Positions 9,027 to 19,325 of a DNA stretch of 64,000 bases are shown here, piece by piece (position 1 is the stretch's first letter; each line of letters opens with the position of its first letter). The notes beneath the pieces were generated by a model. That model did no database searches. It was not told the DNA's origin and was given only the letters and a program-made list of their open reading frames with translations. The translations under genes were made by a program, and so were the position numbers. Source of the DNA: Patescibacteria group bacterium (GTDB lineage: Bacteria; Patescibacteriota; Patescibacteriia; 2-01-FULL-39-33); assembly GCA_041645075.1 (NCBI GenBank), contig JBAZQS010000003.1, forward strand, positions 6,710 through 70,709, given 5' to 3'.

Positions 9027-10715
9027 TTGTATATTCTTGTCGTCTTCCGATTTTGGATTAGCCGTAAAGCTCACGGGTTTTTTCCCTAAAGCGGTTGATA
9101 AGCTTATGGGCGGTTCGCTAATTTCTAATTTTTTTTCACTAATAATGGCCTGCTCGTTTTTTAACTCGCCTTTTTGATTGCCGGCCCGAAATTTAATCAA
9201 ACAATCTTGGCAGAAAACCGGCCTAATTCCGTCGGGTTTGAAATTAACCGTGGTCGCCACGCCGCAAGAAGAGCATTGAACCGTATATTGTTCCGGATTA
9301 GAAATATTTTTTTTGTTTTTCTTTTTCAAGTCCTGGTTAAAATTTTGGCTTTGAGGCGGACTGGGCAGCTGACGGTTAAAATTTTCTGTCCGGTCTTTGC
9401 CGCCGACCATTTGCACCACTTTATCGCTTAAATCAACCCCGCTCCAACGATTAATTTTCTCCTCTACTTCCGCCTTCGGATTGGCATATCTCTCGCGTGA
9501 AACCCGTATCACCTTCTCCGCGCTATCAGTGATAAATTCATCATATAGGGGCGGCAAGGTTGTCGCCGAAAATGGGTCGGAAGCCACGCCGTCAATCATC
9601 AATTTCAAATAAATATGATAGGCGGGCAGGCTGACTAAGTCCTCCTCAATAAAGGTCGGGGTAAATTCTTTGACTAATTCTTCCGCGTCAGAAGCGCCGA
9701 CCCGAAAGCCGATTAACGAGCCCACATTGCCGAATACGGCGTCGGAAACCTCCTCGGGCAGCTGTTTTATGTATTGATGGGCAATAATTAAATTAAGACG
9801 ATATTTTCTGGCTTCTGATAAAATATTAGAAAAACTTTCATTGGCAAAATTCTGGAATTCATCCACATAGAGATAAAAGTCCTGGCGCTCCAGCTCCGGT
9901 ATGTCAACCCGGCTCATGGCCGACAAATATAATTTCGTCACAATCATTGAGCCCAATAACTGCATGGTATCTTCGCCAATTCTGCCTTTTGATAAATTTA
10001 AAATCAAAATTTTCCGGTTATCAATTATTTCTCTTAAGTCAAAGGTTGATTTCACCTGGCCGACAATATTCCTGATTAAAACATTGGACAAAAATTGCCC
10101 GACTTTATTTTGAATCGGCGAAATAACTTCCTGCAAAACGCGGTCATTCCACTGGGTATATTCATTGGTCCAAAATGACTTAACGACCGGGTCTTTGATT
10201 TTTTCCACGACTTTTCTGCGGTAATCCTTATCCACCAGAATTCTCATAATACCCAAAAGCGTGCTACTCGGATAGTCCAAGAGCGCCAAAATCGCATTTC
10301 TTAAAATATATTCCAATCTCGGGCCCCAGCTATCGGCAAATTGTTTTTTAAATACACCCACCAAGCCGGAAGCAATGAAATGTTTGCTGTTTTCATCAAC
10401 GGCCTCTAAAATATTAAAAGCCACGGGATGTTCGGTATCGGCCGGATTAAAATAAATGAGATCATTTATCCGGTTTGGTGGAATGAAATTCAACAGCTTT
10501 TCCGCCGTATCGCCATGCGGGTCAATATAACAGCAGCCGTCGCCCCTGATAATATCGGAAATAATCATATTTTCCAGCAGACAGGTCTTACCCATGCCGG
10601 TTTTGCCAATAATATACATATGGCGGCGACGGTCGTCTCTTTTTATGCCAAAGGTTTTTCTTTCGCTGCGAAAATTGGTTTCGCCAAAAATTGTTATATC
10701 TTTATTGTCGGTCAT
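9024..10715 (-). CDS. VirB4/TraG/HerA-like P-loop ATPase with C-terminal CxxC-x17-CxxC zinc module
   Basis: GKTGMGKT Walker A, YVDEFQNF Walker B, SEARKY, CSSC...PVFCQDC. Confidence 0.85.
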   Translation of the reverse strand: MTDNKDITIFGETNFRSERKTFGIKRDDRRRHMYIIGKTGMGKTCLLENMIISDIIRGDGCCYIDPHGDTAEKLLNFIPPNRINDLIYFNPADTEHPVAFNILEAVDENSKHFIASGLVGVFKKQFADSWGPRLEYILRNAILALLDYPSSTLLGIMRILVDKDYRRKVVEKIKDPVVKSFWTNEYTQWNDRVLQEVISPIQNKVGQFLSNVLIRNIVGQVKSTFDLREIIDNRKILILNLSKGRIGEDTMQLLGSMIVTKLYLSAMSRVDIPELERQDFYLYVDEFQNFANESFSNILSEARKYRLNLIIAHQYIKQLPEEVSDAVFGNVGSLIGFRVGASDAEELVKEFTPTFIEEDLVSLPAYHIYLKLMIDGVASDPFSATTLPPLYDEFITDSAEKVIRVSRERYANPKAEVEEKINRWSGVDLSDKVVQMVGGKDRTENFNRQLPSPPQSQNFNQDLKKKNKKNISNPEQYTVQCSSCGVATTVNFKPDGIRPVFCQDCLIKFRAGNQKGELKNEQAIISEKKLEISEPPISLSTALGKKPVSFTANPKSEDDKNIQ

Positions 10716-10746
10716 AAACCTAAATAATTTTTAATTTTGTAAGTGG

Positions 10747-12327
10747 TCAAACCGTGGGTAAGTTTGCTGGGGGTGTCGGTGGCTTTCGCGGCTCGCCTCG
10801 ATTCGGCGAAGCGGGTGGTGCCGGCGGTTCAAAAATATTTTGTTTTCCTTCGGTGGGCAAAGCCAGGGGTGACGGAGCCGTCGGAATATGTGGCCTGGCC
10901 CCAGCATACGCGGGGCTAACCCCAGCATACGCGGGGCTCGCCACTGGCCCTTCAAAAACCGGCCTGGTTTCTTTCTTGACAATAAAATCGCGATTGCCAA
11001 TGGGGAGCCGGGTTGGCGGCACCACTTTCTTGCTCTCAATTTTTTCCACCATCGGCGCTTTGACGGTCATCACCGGGAAATGCCAAAGCGAGGCCAATTC
11101 CTCATTATTTAAAAGCATATTAGCCACGTTATCGCCATAATAATTGGTTCGTTTTATATAATACCTTAAAATTCTATTCTGTCTGTAAGCCACTCTTTTT
11201 TTTACCCGAAAATAATCCACGCTTGTTTTTGTTCTGGGGCCGGGCTTAAAGCCATTGGCATTGCTCACGCTAAACTGCTTGATTGAACCGATAATGGCGG
11301 CTACGCCCCGGCCTTTATTAAAAACCCCTTGTTCGGCCAGATAAACCAAACGGAATTTAACTCTAAAAGGGTGCTTGGCAAGTTTTTTCTGGATATTTTC
11401 CAAAAGCAATCTATCGCCCGGCGACATATTGAAAAGCCGAATCGTATCTTCCTTTTTCTTTTCTACTTCACCGGTCGCGCTCATTATACTGGTCAATAAA
11501 TTAACGCCTTGGGCCACCGCATTAACGGGTGCGTTGAGAATTTTATCCCCGAAAGTTGAGGGAGCGGTATAAATCTGGCCGCTAAATTCCTTAACAATTT
11601 TTTTTGCTTTTTCCCCCCACCCCGGCTCCGCCGGCAGAGGCGTAACCACCAGTTGCAGCCAGGCCTGTTCACCGGGCCCAAGCCGGCTTAAAATTTCCAA
11701 TAATCCGGCCATTGGGTCAAGAAATGTTTGGGTTAAAGTATGTTCAAATTCGGGATAAGTCCTGATTGGATAAGGATAGTCCTTGGTTAAAATAAATTCC
11801 GTGCCCCATAAATTATATTTTTCATTGGGAAAACGGAGGTGGGCATAATCCTGCGCGTAGTCCTCCACTTCGGTAATTTCCGCGTCCGGATATTGGGCAT
11901 AGATGGCGGCCTCGGCCAAGTCGCGAAGGTGGCTTGGCGTCCTGATTAAAAATTGAATATAGCCCTCTAAGCTTACAACTTCAAAAGAAAAACTTTCTTG
12001 ATTTTTTCCGGTCCAATATCTTTCTATTAAATTGCCGCTTGTTTGAGCGCCGGCCAAAGCCGCGAATATATTTTCTACGGCTTTTGGCGTCTGTTCGTTA
12101 TTTTTAGGAATATCAACGGCTAATAGGACGTGCTGCCATTTGCCGGCATATTGGCCCTGACGAGCGTCTAACCAGACCCGATACATAACAACGGTAAGCA
12201 AAATTAAAAAAATAACCCAGCCGCCGCCCAGAAATAATTGCCGGGCGATGGTCACCGGATCCTGCGAGCCAAAAACCGAAAATCGCTCCCACCAAGAAGC
12301 CAGGTCTAAGTTGAATTCAATATTCAT
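10747..12327 (-). CDS. Membrane-anchored conserved hypothetical protein (partner of the ATPase)
   Basis: 526-aa ORF with N-terminal TM helix, FSFEVVS..G.I.F, IYAQYPDAEI, EELASLWHFP and PP.NLP end. Confidence 0.7.
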   Translation of the reverse strand: MNIEFNLDLASWWERFSVFGSQDPVTIARQLFLGGGWVIFLILLTVVMYRVWLDARQGQYAGKWQHVLLAVDIPKNNEQTPKAVENIFAALAGAQTSGNLIERYWTGKNQESFSFEVVSLEGYIQFLIRTPSHLRDLAEAAIYAQYPDAEITEVEDYAQDYAHLRFPNEKYNLWGTEFILTKDYPYPIRTYPEFEHTLTQTFLDPMAGLLEILSRLGPGEQAWLQLVVTPLPAEPGWGEKAKKIVKEFSGQIYTAPSTFGDKILNAPVNAVAQGVNLLTSIMSATGEVEKKKEDTIRLFNMSPGDRLLLENIQKKLAKHPFRVKFRLVYLAEQGVFNKGRGVAAIIGSIKQFSVSNANGFKPGPRTKTSVDYFRVKKRVAYRQNRILRYYIKRTNYYGDNVANMLLNNEELASLWHFPVMTVKAPMVEKIESKKVVPPTRLPIGNRDFIVKKETRPVFEGPVASPAYAGVSPAYAGARPHIPTAPSPLALPTEGKQNIFEPPAPPASPNRGEPRKPPTPPANLPTV

Positions 12328-12371
12328 AATTTTTAACTTGTCACCTTTATTGCCAAAAAAATATTTAGATT

Positions 12372-13541
12372 TTATTCGGTCGCTGATTCGGCGAGAACAT
12401 CTTTTCCCACCAATTCATATCGGCCGCCCTTTTCTTTTCTGATGTCTTTATTATTCATCAAAGCCAGATAAATGGTGGACTTCTTCACGTTTCTTTTTTC
12501 CAAAACCTTATCAATAATCTCTTCCTTGGTCAGGGAGCCGTATTCCTTCAATAAATCAGCCACCACCTCGCTCACCGTGCCCGGTTTGTAGCCCCACTCG
12601 CTTAAAGCATAAATTCCCCGTCCCACTAAAATATACTTATCGTCAAGAATCAATTCATTATGAACCGTGGCCGGATAAGCGATTTTTTCGTCAAATTTCG
12701 TTTCATTGATGGCCTGGGCAATCTCGGTAAAATGCATGGGTTTGCCGAATTTTTTTAAGACCAAATATATTTTATCATTAATTTTCCTGGGCTGGACCGT
12801 ACCCCAAGAAACCAAGCCCCACTTATCAAAAAGGTCGCGCTTAACCTTGCGGCTGACGCGCAGATAGCTTTCTAAAATCCGGTCCACATCTTCATCGGTC
12901 ACTTCCAAAAAATTGATGATGGAAAGAATTTTTTCCTTATTTTGATTATAGAATTCAGAATTTTTAAGCTTGTCTAAAAGTTCCTTCAGATTAAGCGACT
13001 CGCCCGCCCCCTCAATGATTTTCACCATCTCATTTATGACCTCTTTTAAAAGTTCGGTATTGGCCGAGCCCGATTTCCACAGGTGATTAAAGTCCTTGTC
13101 TTGTTTGACCTTATTAATATTGTCAGAAAAAATATGTTCGGCCAAAAAGAGCAGGGCGGATTCGCCGCCTTGGTGAGTATCTAAATAGTTAAGCAAATTT
13201 TCCAAGAAAAATTCTTCCTCCATTATGCCGCCATATTGCTCTAATAATTGGCTCACCACATTTTCCGCTTCTTTGATTTCCGCGCGCAATTCCTCTAATT
13301 CCTTTAATTTGCGAATGCTTAAACCTTCAATCTGTCTTACTCTTTCCCGGGTAATGCCGTAAATTTTACCGATTTCTTCAAGCGTGTGTTTTTGGTCAAA
13401 TTCCAAAGCAAAGCGACGTTTGATAATATCCCTTTCCTTGTCGCTTAAATGGGAAAATAAAACATTCAACGTTTCCACCGGATTAAAGCGAGCCACGCTG
13501 TCCTGAAATTGATTTTTTCTCACTTGGTCTAATATTGACAT
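12372..13541 (-). CDS. Sigma-70 region-4 HTH / HARE-HTH domain protein
   Basis: TLEEIGKIYGITRERVRQIE; PMHFTEIA..ATVHNELI..GRGIYAL.EWG; ATG start at 13541 preferred. Confidence 0.8.
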   Translation of the reverse strand: MSILDQVRKNQFQDSVARFNPVETLNVLFSHLSDKERDIIKRRFALEFDQKHTLEEIGKIYGITRERVRQIEGLSIRKLKELEELRAEIKEAENVVSQLLEQYGGIMEEEFFLENLLNYLDTHQGGESALLFLAEHIFSDNINKVKQDKDFNHLWKSGSANTELLKEVINEMVKIIEGAGESLNLKELLDKLKNSEFYNQNKEKILSIINFLEVTDEDVDRILESYLRVSRKVKRDLFDKWGLVSWGTVQPRKINDKIYLVLKKFGKPMHFTEIAQAINETKFDEKIAYPATVHNELILDDKYILVGRGIYALSEWGYKPGTVSEVVADLLKEYGSLTKEEIIDKVLEKRNVKKSTIYLALMNNKDIRKEKGGRYELVGKDVLAESATE

Positions 13542-13706
13542 ATTATAATATAAAAACAATAGAGAAAAATAGAAAAAATTATCTAAATTAAGATAAAATT
13601 AAACTAATCTATTTTTATAATATAATTATATCAAGAAAAATTAGTTTTGTCAAACGACTATTAAACCCAAATTGGGGAAAAATAAAAACCCCCATTTTTT
13701 TAAATT

Positions 13707-13754
13707 GAGATTGCTTCCACCGCTTTCGCGGGGGTAAACTATTCTCGCAATGAC
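13707..13754. repeat. GAGATTGCTTC...CTCGCAATGAC palindromic repeat remnant
   Basis: Same motif family as 54563-54659. Confidence 0.55.
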
Positions 13755-13773
13755 AAAGTGGGAGCGGTTTTTC

Positions 13774-14706
13774 TTATTTTCTATTTTTAAAATTTTTACT
13801 AAGATTGTGCCAAGTAACCACCAGCGGGCTGGCCACGAAAATTGAAGAATAGGTGCCGACAATAATGCCGACAATCAAGACCAAGGCAAAATTGACAATG
13901 GTTTTGCCGCCCAAAAAATATAAGGCGGATAAAACCAATAAAATCGTCAGGGAAGTGTTGATGGAGCGGGCAATGGTTTGATTGATACTGTCATTAACCA
14001 CTGCCTCAAAATCAGCGCTATAATGCTTGGCCAAATTTTCGCGCGTCCGGTCAAAAACCACGATGGTGTCGTGAACCGAAAAACCCAAAATCGTTAAAAG
14101 CGCGGTAATAAATAAGCTGTCCACCTCAAAGCCGGCGAAATGTCCTAAAATCGCAAATAAGCCAACCACAATTAGAATATCATGAATAAGGGCGATGACC
14201 GCGGCCACGCCGTATTTCCAGGATTCAACCGGTTTGGAAACTTTTCTAAAAGCAAAGGCAATATACAAAATAATTGCCAACGAGGCCAAGACAATTGCCA
14301 TCCAGGCCTTCTTAGCCAATTCCTGGCCGATAATTGGGCCGATTGACTCAAACCTTTCTTCAACTAAAGCGGGTATGGAATCATTTTTAACGTCCTTAAA
14401 TTTGCTTTTTAATTGACTTAAAATTCTTTGATGGGTCTCTTCGTCAACGGTTTTGAAACGCAAGATTATATTCCGAGCGCCCGCCGGCTGGACTCTTAAC
14501 TCGCCCAAATTCAAGTCCGACAAACCGCTTTGGATCTGGTCAATGGCGGGACGCTCAATATTGAATTTAATTTCCATTAAACTCCCGCCCGTAAAATCAA
14601 TGCTGGGCTTGAGCCCCCAGATAAGCAAACTAATAATCGCCGCCATAACCATTATTAATGACAGCGTATAATTATATTTTCTATTTTGGATTATTTTTAA
14701 TTTCAT
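13774..14706 (-). CDS. secF: Protein translocase subunit SecF
   Basis: SIDFTGGS, GFSVHDTIVVFDR.RE, GTYSSIFVASP. Confidence 0.97.
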   Translation of the reverse strand: MKLKIIQNRKYNYTLSLIMVMAAIISLLIWGLKPSIDFTGGSLMEIKFNIERPAIDQIQSGLSDLNLGELRVQPAGARNIILRFKTVDEETHQRILSQLKSKFKDVKNDSIPALVEERFESIGPIIGQELAKKAWMAIVLASLAIILYIAFAFRKVSKPVESWKYGVAAVIALIHDILIVVGLFAILGHFAGFEVDSLFITALLTILGFSVHDTIVVFDRTRENLAKHYSADFEAVVNDSINQTIARSINTSLTILLVLSALYFLGGKTIVNFALVLIVGIIVGTYSSIFVASPLVVTWHNLSKNFKNRK

Positions 14707-16535
14707 GTTATTGTTTTTTTTCTAACCCCATAAAGCCATCTATTCTGAAAGGGCCGCCAGCCACTGACTAATCGTAAAAATTGTCTAGTAATGGTAATGG
14801 CGGAAAACATCGAAACAAGAATACCTATGGCTAGGGTTAGGGCAAATCCCCGAATAATACTCGAGCCAAACCAGTACAAAACAACGCAAGTTATTAAAGA
14901 TGAAACATTTGAGTCGCGAATGGAAAACCAGGCGCGATGAAAGCCCTCTTTTACGCCGGCGGCCAAGTCCTTGCCGGCGCGCAGTTCTTCTTTTAGCCGT
15001 TCAAAAATAAGAATATTGGCGTCCACGGCCATGCCGACCGAAAGAATAAAGCCGGCAATGCCCGCCAAAGTTAAAGTGATGTGTAAAAATTTGAAAAGCG
15101 CCAGAGCAATTGTGGTATAAATAAATAAGGCGATGACCGACAAAACGCCGGGCAGACGGTAATATAAAATCATAAAAATCACCACTAACAACAAGCCGAA
15201 CACACCCGCCTGCAAGCTTCTTTGGACCGACTCGTTGCCTAAGCTGGCGCCGACCGTGGTCTGCGAAATCAAATTTATGGGCACGGGCAGAGCGCCGGCA
15301 TTTAATCGCTGGGCCAATAATTTGGCCTCTTGCGTGGTAAAACTGCCGCTAATAACCGCCTTGCCCGATAAAATCGGCTCATTGACCCTGGGAATGCTAA
15401 TGGGCGAGCCGTCCAAAAAAATGGCAACCGGCTTACCTACATTCTTAGTAGTAATATCGGCAAACAATTTCGCGCCCTCATCGTTGAACTCTAAACCCAC
15501 TTCCGGCACGCCGGAATTCGGGTCAAATTCAACATTTGCCTTTTTTAATTGCTGGCCGGTTAAGCCCGTGTTTTTCCATTCCGAATTAATTTTTAAGCCC
15601 AAATCCGCCGCGGTCTTGGTTTGAAATAAGATGTGACGGACATCAATTTCTTTATTATCCCCTTCGCCTCTTTCCGCTTCTTTTTTGATAATATGATAAC
15701 CGAATTGCGTCTTGACCAAGTTGGGATAAATTTCTCCCACTTTTAATTTATTAAAAGCCACGTCGTCAAATTCCGGCACGAAAGCGCCTTTTTTTACGCC
15801 CTGATACAATCCGCCATTATCTTTACTGCCCGAATCATCAGAATACTGCTTGGCCAGTTTCGCAAAATCAGCGCCCGCTAAAATTTGCGGTAAAACGGCT
15901 TGCGCTTTTTCCTCAATGGCTTTATTTTCCCGGTCTAATTGCTGTTGCTCTGACGGCGTTAATTGGCTGGCCTCCGGATTTTCTTCCTTAAATTCCAATA
16001 ACGGCGTCTCGCCAATCATTTTAATCGCCTGATTGACATCATAAACGCCAGCTAATTCCACAATCACGCGCCAACTGCTTCCCACTTGATTGGTTTGCAC
16101 CAATGGTTCGGAAACGCCCAAAGCATTAACGCGGCGTTCAATCACATCTCTGACCCCGCCCAAAGCATCGGCCCGCTCGCTTGGGTTAATTTGCGAGACA
16201 TCGGCATCATAAACCAAGTGCGTGCCACCCAATAAATCCAAACCCAAACTAAAGGGCAGGCCGTAATTAATTAAGTCAATTTCTTTAATATTTTTAAACT
16301 TTAGGCCTTTGGTATTATCTAATGGGCTCTTTTCAATTTTCGGCCAAATCCGCCAATCGCTGACTACGGGAACAGTTGATAAGCCCTGGTCTAATTTTTG
16401 GGCGACGATATTTTTAAAGCCGAAAACATCTATGAAAAAAGTAAAAATAAATAAAATTACGATGCCGAAAATAAGCCAACGGAGCTTGCCCCTTGGACCG
16501 GGAGTAAAAAAATTTTGAAATGGATTTTTTGCCAT
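14703..16535 (-). CDS. secD: Protein translocase subunit SecD with inserted parvulin-type PPIase domain
   Basis: LGLDLLGG, RVNALGVSEP, GMAVDANILIFER; insert FAKLAKQYSDD.GS..NGG...VKTQFGYHIIK. Confidence 0.95.
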   Translation of the reverse strand: MAKNPFQNFFTPGPRGKLRWLIFGIVILFIFTFFIDVFGFKNIVAQKLDQGLSTVPVVSDWRIWPKIEKSPLDNTKGLKFKNIKEIDLINYGLPFSLGLDLLGGTHLVYDADVSQINPSERADALGGVRDVIERRVNALGVSEPLVQTNQVGSSWRVIVELAGVYDVNQAIKMIGETPLLEFKEENPEASQLTPSEQQQLDRENKAIEEKAQAVLPQILAGADFAKLAKQYSDDSGSKDNGGLYQGVKKGAFVPEFDDVAFNKLKVGEIYPNLVKTQFGYHIIKKEAERGEGDNKEIDVRHILFQTKTAADLGLKINSEWKNTGLTGQQLKKANVEFDPNSGVPEVGLEFNDEGAKLFADITTKNVGKPVAIFLDGSPISIPRVNEPILSGKAVISGSFTTQEAKLLAQRLNAGALPVPINLISQTTVGASLGNESVQRSLQAGVFGLLLVVIFMILYYRLPGVLSVIALFIYTTIALALFKFLHITLTLAGIAGFILSVGMAVDANILIFERLKEELRAGKDLAAGVKEGFHRAWFSIRDSNVSSLITCVVLYWFGSSIIRGFALTLAIGILVSMFSAITITRQFLRLVSGWRPFQNRWLYGVRKKTIT

Positions 16536-16759
16536 TTATTATTGGCGGTGAATAATTTACTTTAAACTATTATAGTTTAGCAAAAATTCTCTTGATTTGC
16601 AAGATTTAAATTTTAATTAAAAGAGGGAGCGGCAGGCTGTTGTATAGCGCGCTCCCTTATTAACAAGCAATTAATTTTATGAAACGGCGCGAGACCTGGA
16701 TTCTCTGGGGGTCTGGAGTTTCTCTAATAAGATTAATAATCGTGGTTTAATTTGTCGCT

Positions 16760-17242
16760 TTAAGCCATCGATTCTCTTTGAAGTTGCATGGCTTTGTGCA
16801 TCCCATCGCTCAATATTATGGCGGTAATACGTCGTTCTGGAATGATTACCTGGCTATCATCCAATAACTTCCTTAAAGGAGGATGCCGATAAGGATTATC
16901 ACTTTCAGTAAGATATTTTGGCACTTTAATACTGAGCCGACCCTTGGGACGCCAGATAGACACATCCGTGGGATCCAATGAAATGAGCGAGCCGACATAA
17001 TCGGCTACGTAATAATCACCGCAATCTTCAACAACCGCCAAGATTATGTCCCGACAAAACCAAGCCGGAATATCCTTACTGTGGTTAAGTGATAGGCATA
17101 TATCCTTATCAACCTTCAGAAAAAACAACACCCTTTTCCCAACTCTCTTCCGCAACTCATTGGCAAAACTGCCCAGGCCCAAAAAATATTTAGTATTTCT
17201 GAACCATTGACGAATGAGAGCACTGCCGAAAGGTCGTCGCAT
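16760..17242 (-). CDS. Hypothetical protein
   Basis: 160-aa ORF preceded by AGGAGG SD and TTGACA-N17-AATAAT promoter-like sequence. Confidence 0.55.
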   Translation of the reverse strand: MRRPFGSALIRQWFRNTKYFLGLGSFANELRKRVGKRVLFFLKVDKDICLSLNHSKDIPAWFCRDIILAVVEDCGDYYVADYVGSLISLDPTDVSIWRPKGRLSIKVPKYLTESDNPYRHPPLRKLLDDSQVIIPERRITAIILSDGMHKAMQLQRESMA

Positions 17243-17403
17243 AGATTCCTCCTAATTACTGTTTGTATGGAGCTTTGCCCCAAAAAAAGTTTTAATGAGC
17301 TTAGAAACATAAGCCATTCCTGTCGACTATTATTGAATATGGCGCCTCCTTTGTCAAATATCTTTGATCTTATAAAAACCCCCTCATAATGGAGGGGGAA
17401 TTT

Positions 17404-18405
17404 TTATATTATCATTGCCATCTCTACCAACCGATGAGAATAACCCCATTCATTATCATACCAAGCCAAAACCTTTACTAAATTGCCTATGGCTCTGGTA
17501 AATTTTAAATCAATTATAGCGGAATAAGCGGTGCCGATAATATCGGTGGAGACGAGTTCGTCATCAGCGCCGGTTACCCCGATAATGCCCTTATACAGCG
17601 GCTGTTTGCTCGCCGCGATAAACGCCTTATTAATTGTTTCGGCGCTCACCTCTTTTTTTAAGACAGCGGTAATGTCTGATAATGAGCCACAGATAATCGG
17701 CACGCGAACCGCAATGCCGTCAAATTTATCTTTTAACTCGGGAATGACCAAGGTGGTGGCTTTAGCGGCGCCGGTCGTTGATAATACCATATTCACGGCT
17801 CCGGCCCGTCCCCGCCTCAAATCCTTGGCCTCCGGTCCATCAACCAACCTCTGGGAGGCGGTATAAGCGTGAATGGTGGTCATTAATGATTTTTCTATGC
17901 CAAATTTTGACTCCAAAACCTGAATAACGGGCGCGATGGAATTGGTGGTGCAGGAAGCGTTGGAAATAATATTTTCATTTTTTCCCAAGGTCTTTTTAGT
18001 CAATTCCGTGCCGAAAACCAAGGTTTGCATTTCATCTTTGGCCGGAGTGGATAATAATACTTTCTTGGCCCCGGCTTTTAAATGCATCTGCATCTCGGCT
18101 TTGGTCTCAAATACGCCGGTGCATTCCAAAACCACTTCAACGCCCAATTTTTTCCAAGGCAATTTTAACGGATTTTTTTCGGCATAAACCGGATATTTTT
18201 TGCCGTTCACTATTAGATTATTGGCGTCATAAGAAACCTTTTTGTCGTATCGGCCATAAACCGAATCGTATTTTAGCAGATAAGCCAGAGTGCGCGTATC
18301 GGTTAAATCATTAATGGCAACCACCTGTAAATTTTTCTTGGTCAGGGCGATTTTAAACGTGGTTCGGCCAATCCGGCCAAATCCGTTTATGGCAATTTTT
18401 TTCAT
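17404..18405 (-). CDS. gap: Type I glyceraldehyde-3-phosphate dehydrogenase
   Basis: INGFGRIGR, SNASCTTN, WYDNEWGY. Confidence 0.97.
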   Translation of the reverse strand: MKKIAINGFGRIGRTTFKIALTKKNLQVVAINDLTDTRTLAYLLKYDSVYGRYDKKVSYDANNLIVNGKKYPVYAEKNPLKLPWKKLGVEVVLECTGVFETKAEMQMHLKAGAKKVLLSTPAKDEMQTLVFGTELTKKTLGKNENIISNASCTTNSIAPVIQVLESKFGIEKSLMTTIHAYTASQRLVDGPEAKDLRRGRAGAVNMVLSTTGAAKATTLVIPELKDKFDGIAVRVPIICGSLSDITAVLKKEVSAETINKAFIAASKQPLYKGIIGVTGADDELVSTDIIGTAYSAIIDLKFTRAIGNLVKVLAWYDNEWGYSHRLVEMAMII

Positions 18406-18479
18406 ATATGGGATTTAAATAATTAATTCAATGAGCAATTTAATTATAGCAAAATTCAGATAAAAAATAAATTTGATTT

Positions 18480-18507
18480 AGAGATGGTTACAAAACTATA
18501 TTTCTCT
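18480..18507. repeat. Truncated end of GAGATGGTTACAAAA MITE family
   Basis: GAGATGGTTACAAAACTATATTTCTCT matches the left end of the copy at 8849. Confidence 0.75.
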
Positions 18508-18510
18508 CTC

Positions 18511-19317
18511 TTATGATTTTTTAATCGGTACTTCCACGACAAGCGGCTTATCCCCCTCTCTTTCAGGATCAATCTGAACATTCACGCTTTGGCGCAAGGT
18601 ATGCCAGCCAATCACCTGCCCCCGGCCGTGCTTGGTTCTGACTCTAGTGCCAACCGGCGGTAAATTTTTTGCCAATTCGTCATAAAGATTTTTTTCATAG
18701 CCCAAGCAGCATTTCAGACGGCCGCAAATGCCGGACAAGCGCTCTGAACCGCGATGAGCCACTTGCTGTTGCTCGGCTAATTCAGAAGTAACACTGCCCA
18801 ATTTCCTTAAATGGCTCTGGCAGCAAAGTTTGAGTCCACAACAACCGATATCGCCCGTGAGTTTGGCTTCATCGCGCACGCCCACCTGATGCAGTCGTAT
18901 GGTTTTTTGGAAATGGCGGGTTAACTCCTTGACCGCGTCCCGAAAATCAACCCGGCCATCAGCCACAAAAGCGAAAGTGAAACGGCGGCCGTCAAAAGAA
19001 GGGTGGCTGCCGATGATTTTCATCTCTAAACCCAATTTTTTGATAATCTTGCGGCCATACTCTACGACATTTTCCTTTTGCCGTTGATTGTCAGAAATGA
19101 TCGCCCAGTCATCATTGTTGGCCACTCTTTGAATAGAGCCGATTTCAGTCTCTCCTGTTTTTTCCGGTTCAATTTCTTTAATGCTAATTACCCGACCGGC
19201 GTCCACGCCAAAATCAGTGCTCACAATGACATAGTCGCCCACCCCGACATCAACATCGCCGACTTTGGCGGAAAATAAATTATCCCAAGGCGCGAATTGT
19301 ATTTGAGCGATTAACAT
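18511..19317 (-). CDS. ricT: PSP1-domain protein RicT/YaaT
   Basis: ADGRVDFR, RDEAK..G.IG.CG..LCC, SG.CGRLKCCL.YE. Confidence 0.9.
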   Translation of the reverse strand: MLIAQIQFAPWDNLFSAKVGDVDVGVGDYVIVSTDFGVDAGRVISIKEIEPEKTGETEIGSIQRVANNDDWAIISDNQRQKENVVEYGRKIIKKLGLEMKIIGSHPSFDGRRFTFAFVADGRVDFRDAVKELTRHFQKTIRLHQVGVRDEAKLTGDIGCCGLKLCCQSHLRKLGSVTSELAEQQQVAHRGSERLSGICGRLKCCLGYEKNLYDELAKNLPPVGTRVRTKHGRGQVIGWHTLRQSVNVQIDPEREGDKPLVVEVPIKKS

Positions 19318-19325
19318 AAATTAAA

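Noticed and set aside
9024-12327. Conjugative element / ICE
   Set aside because: The ATPase sits among housekeeping genes with no relaxase, integrase or other T4SS genes; it fits a conserved chromosomal gene pair
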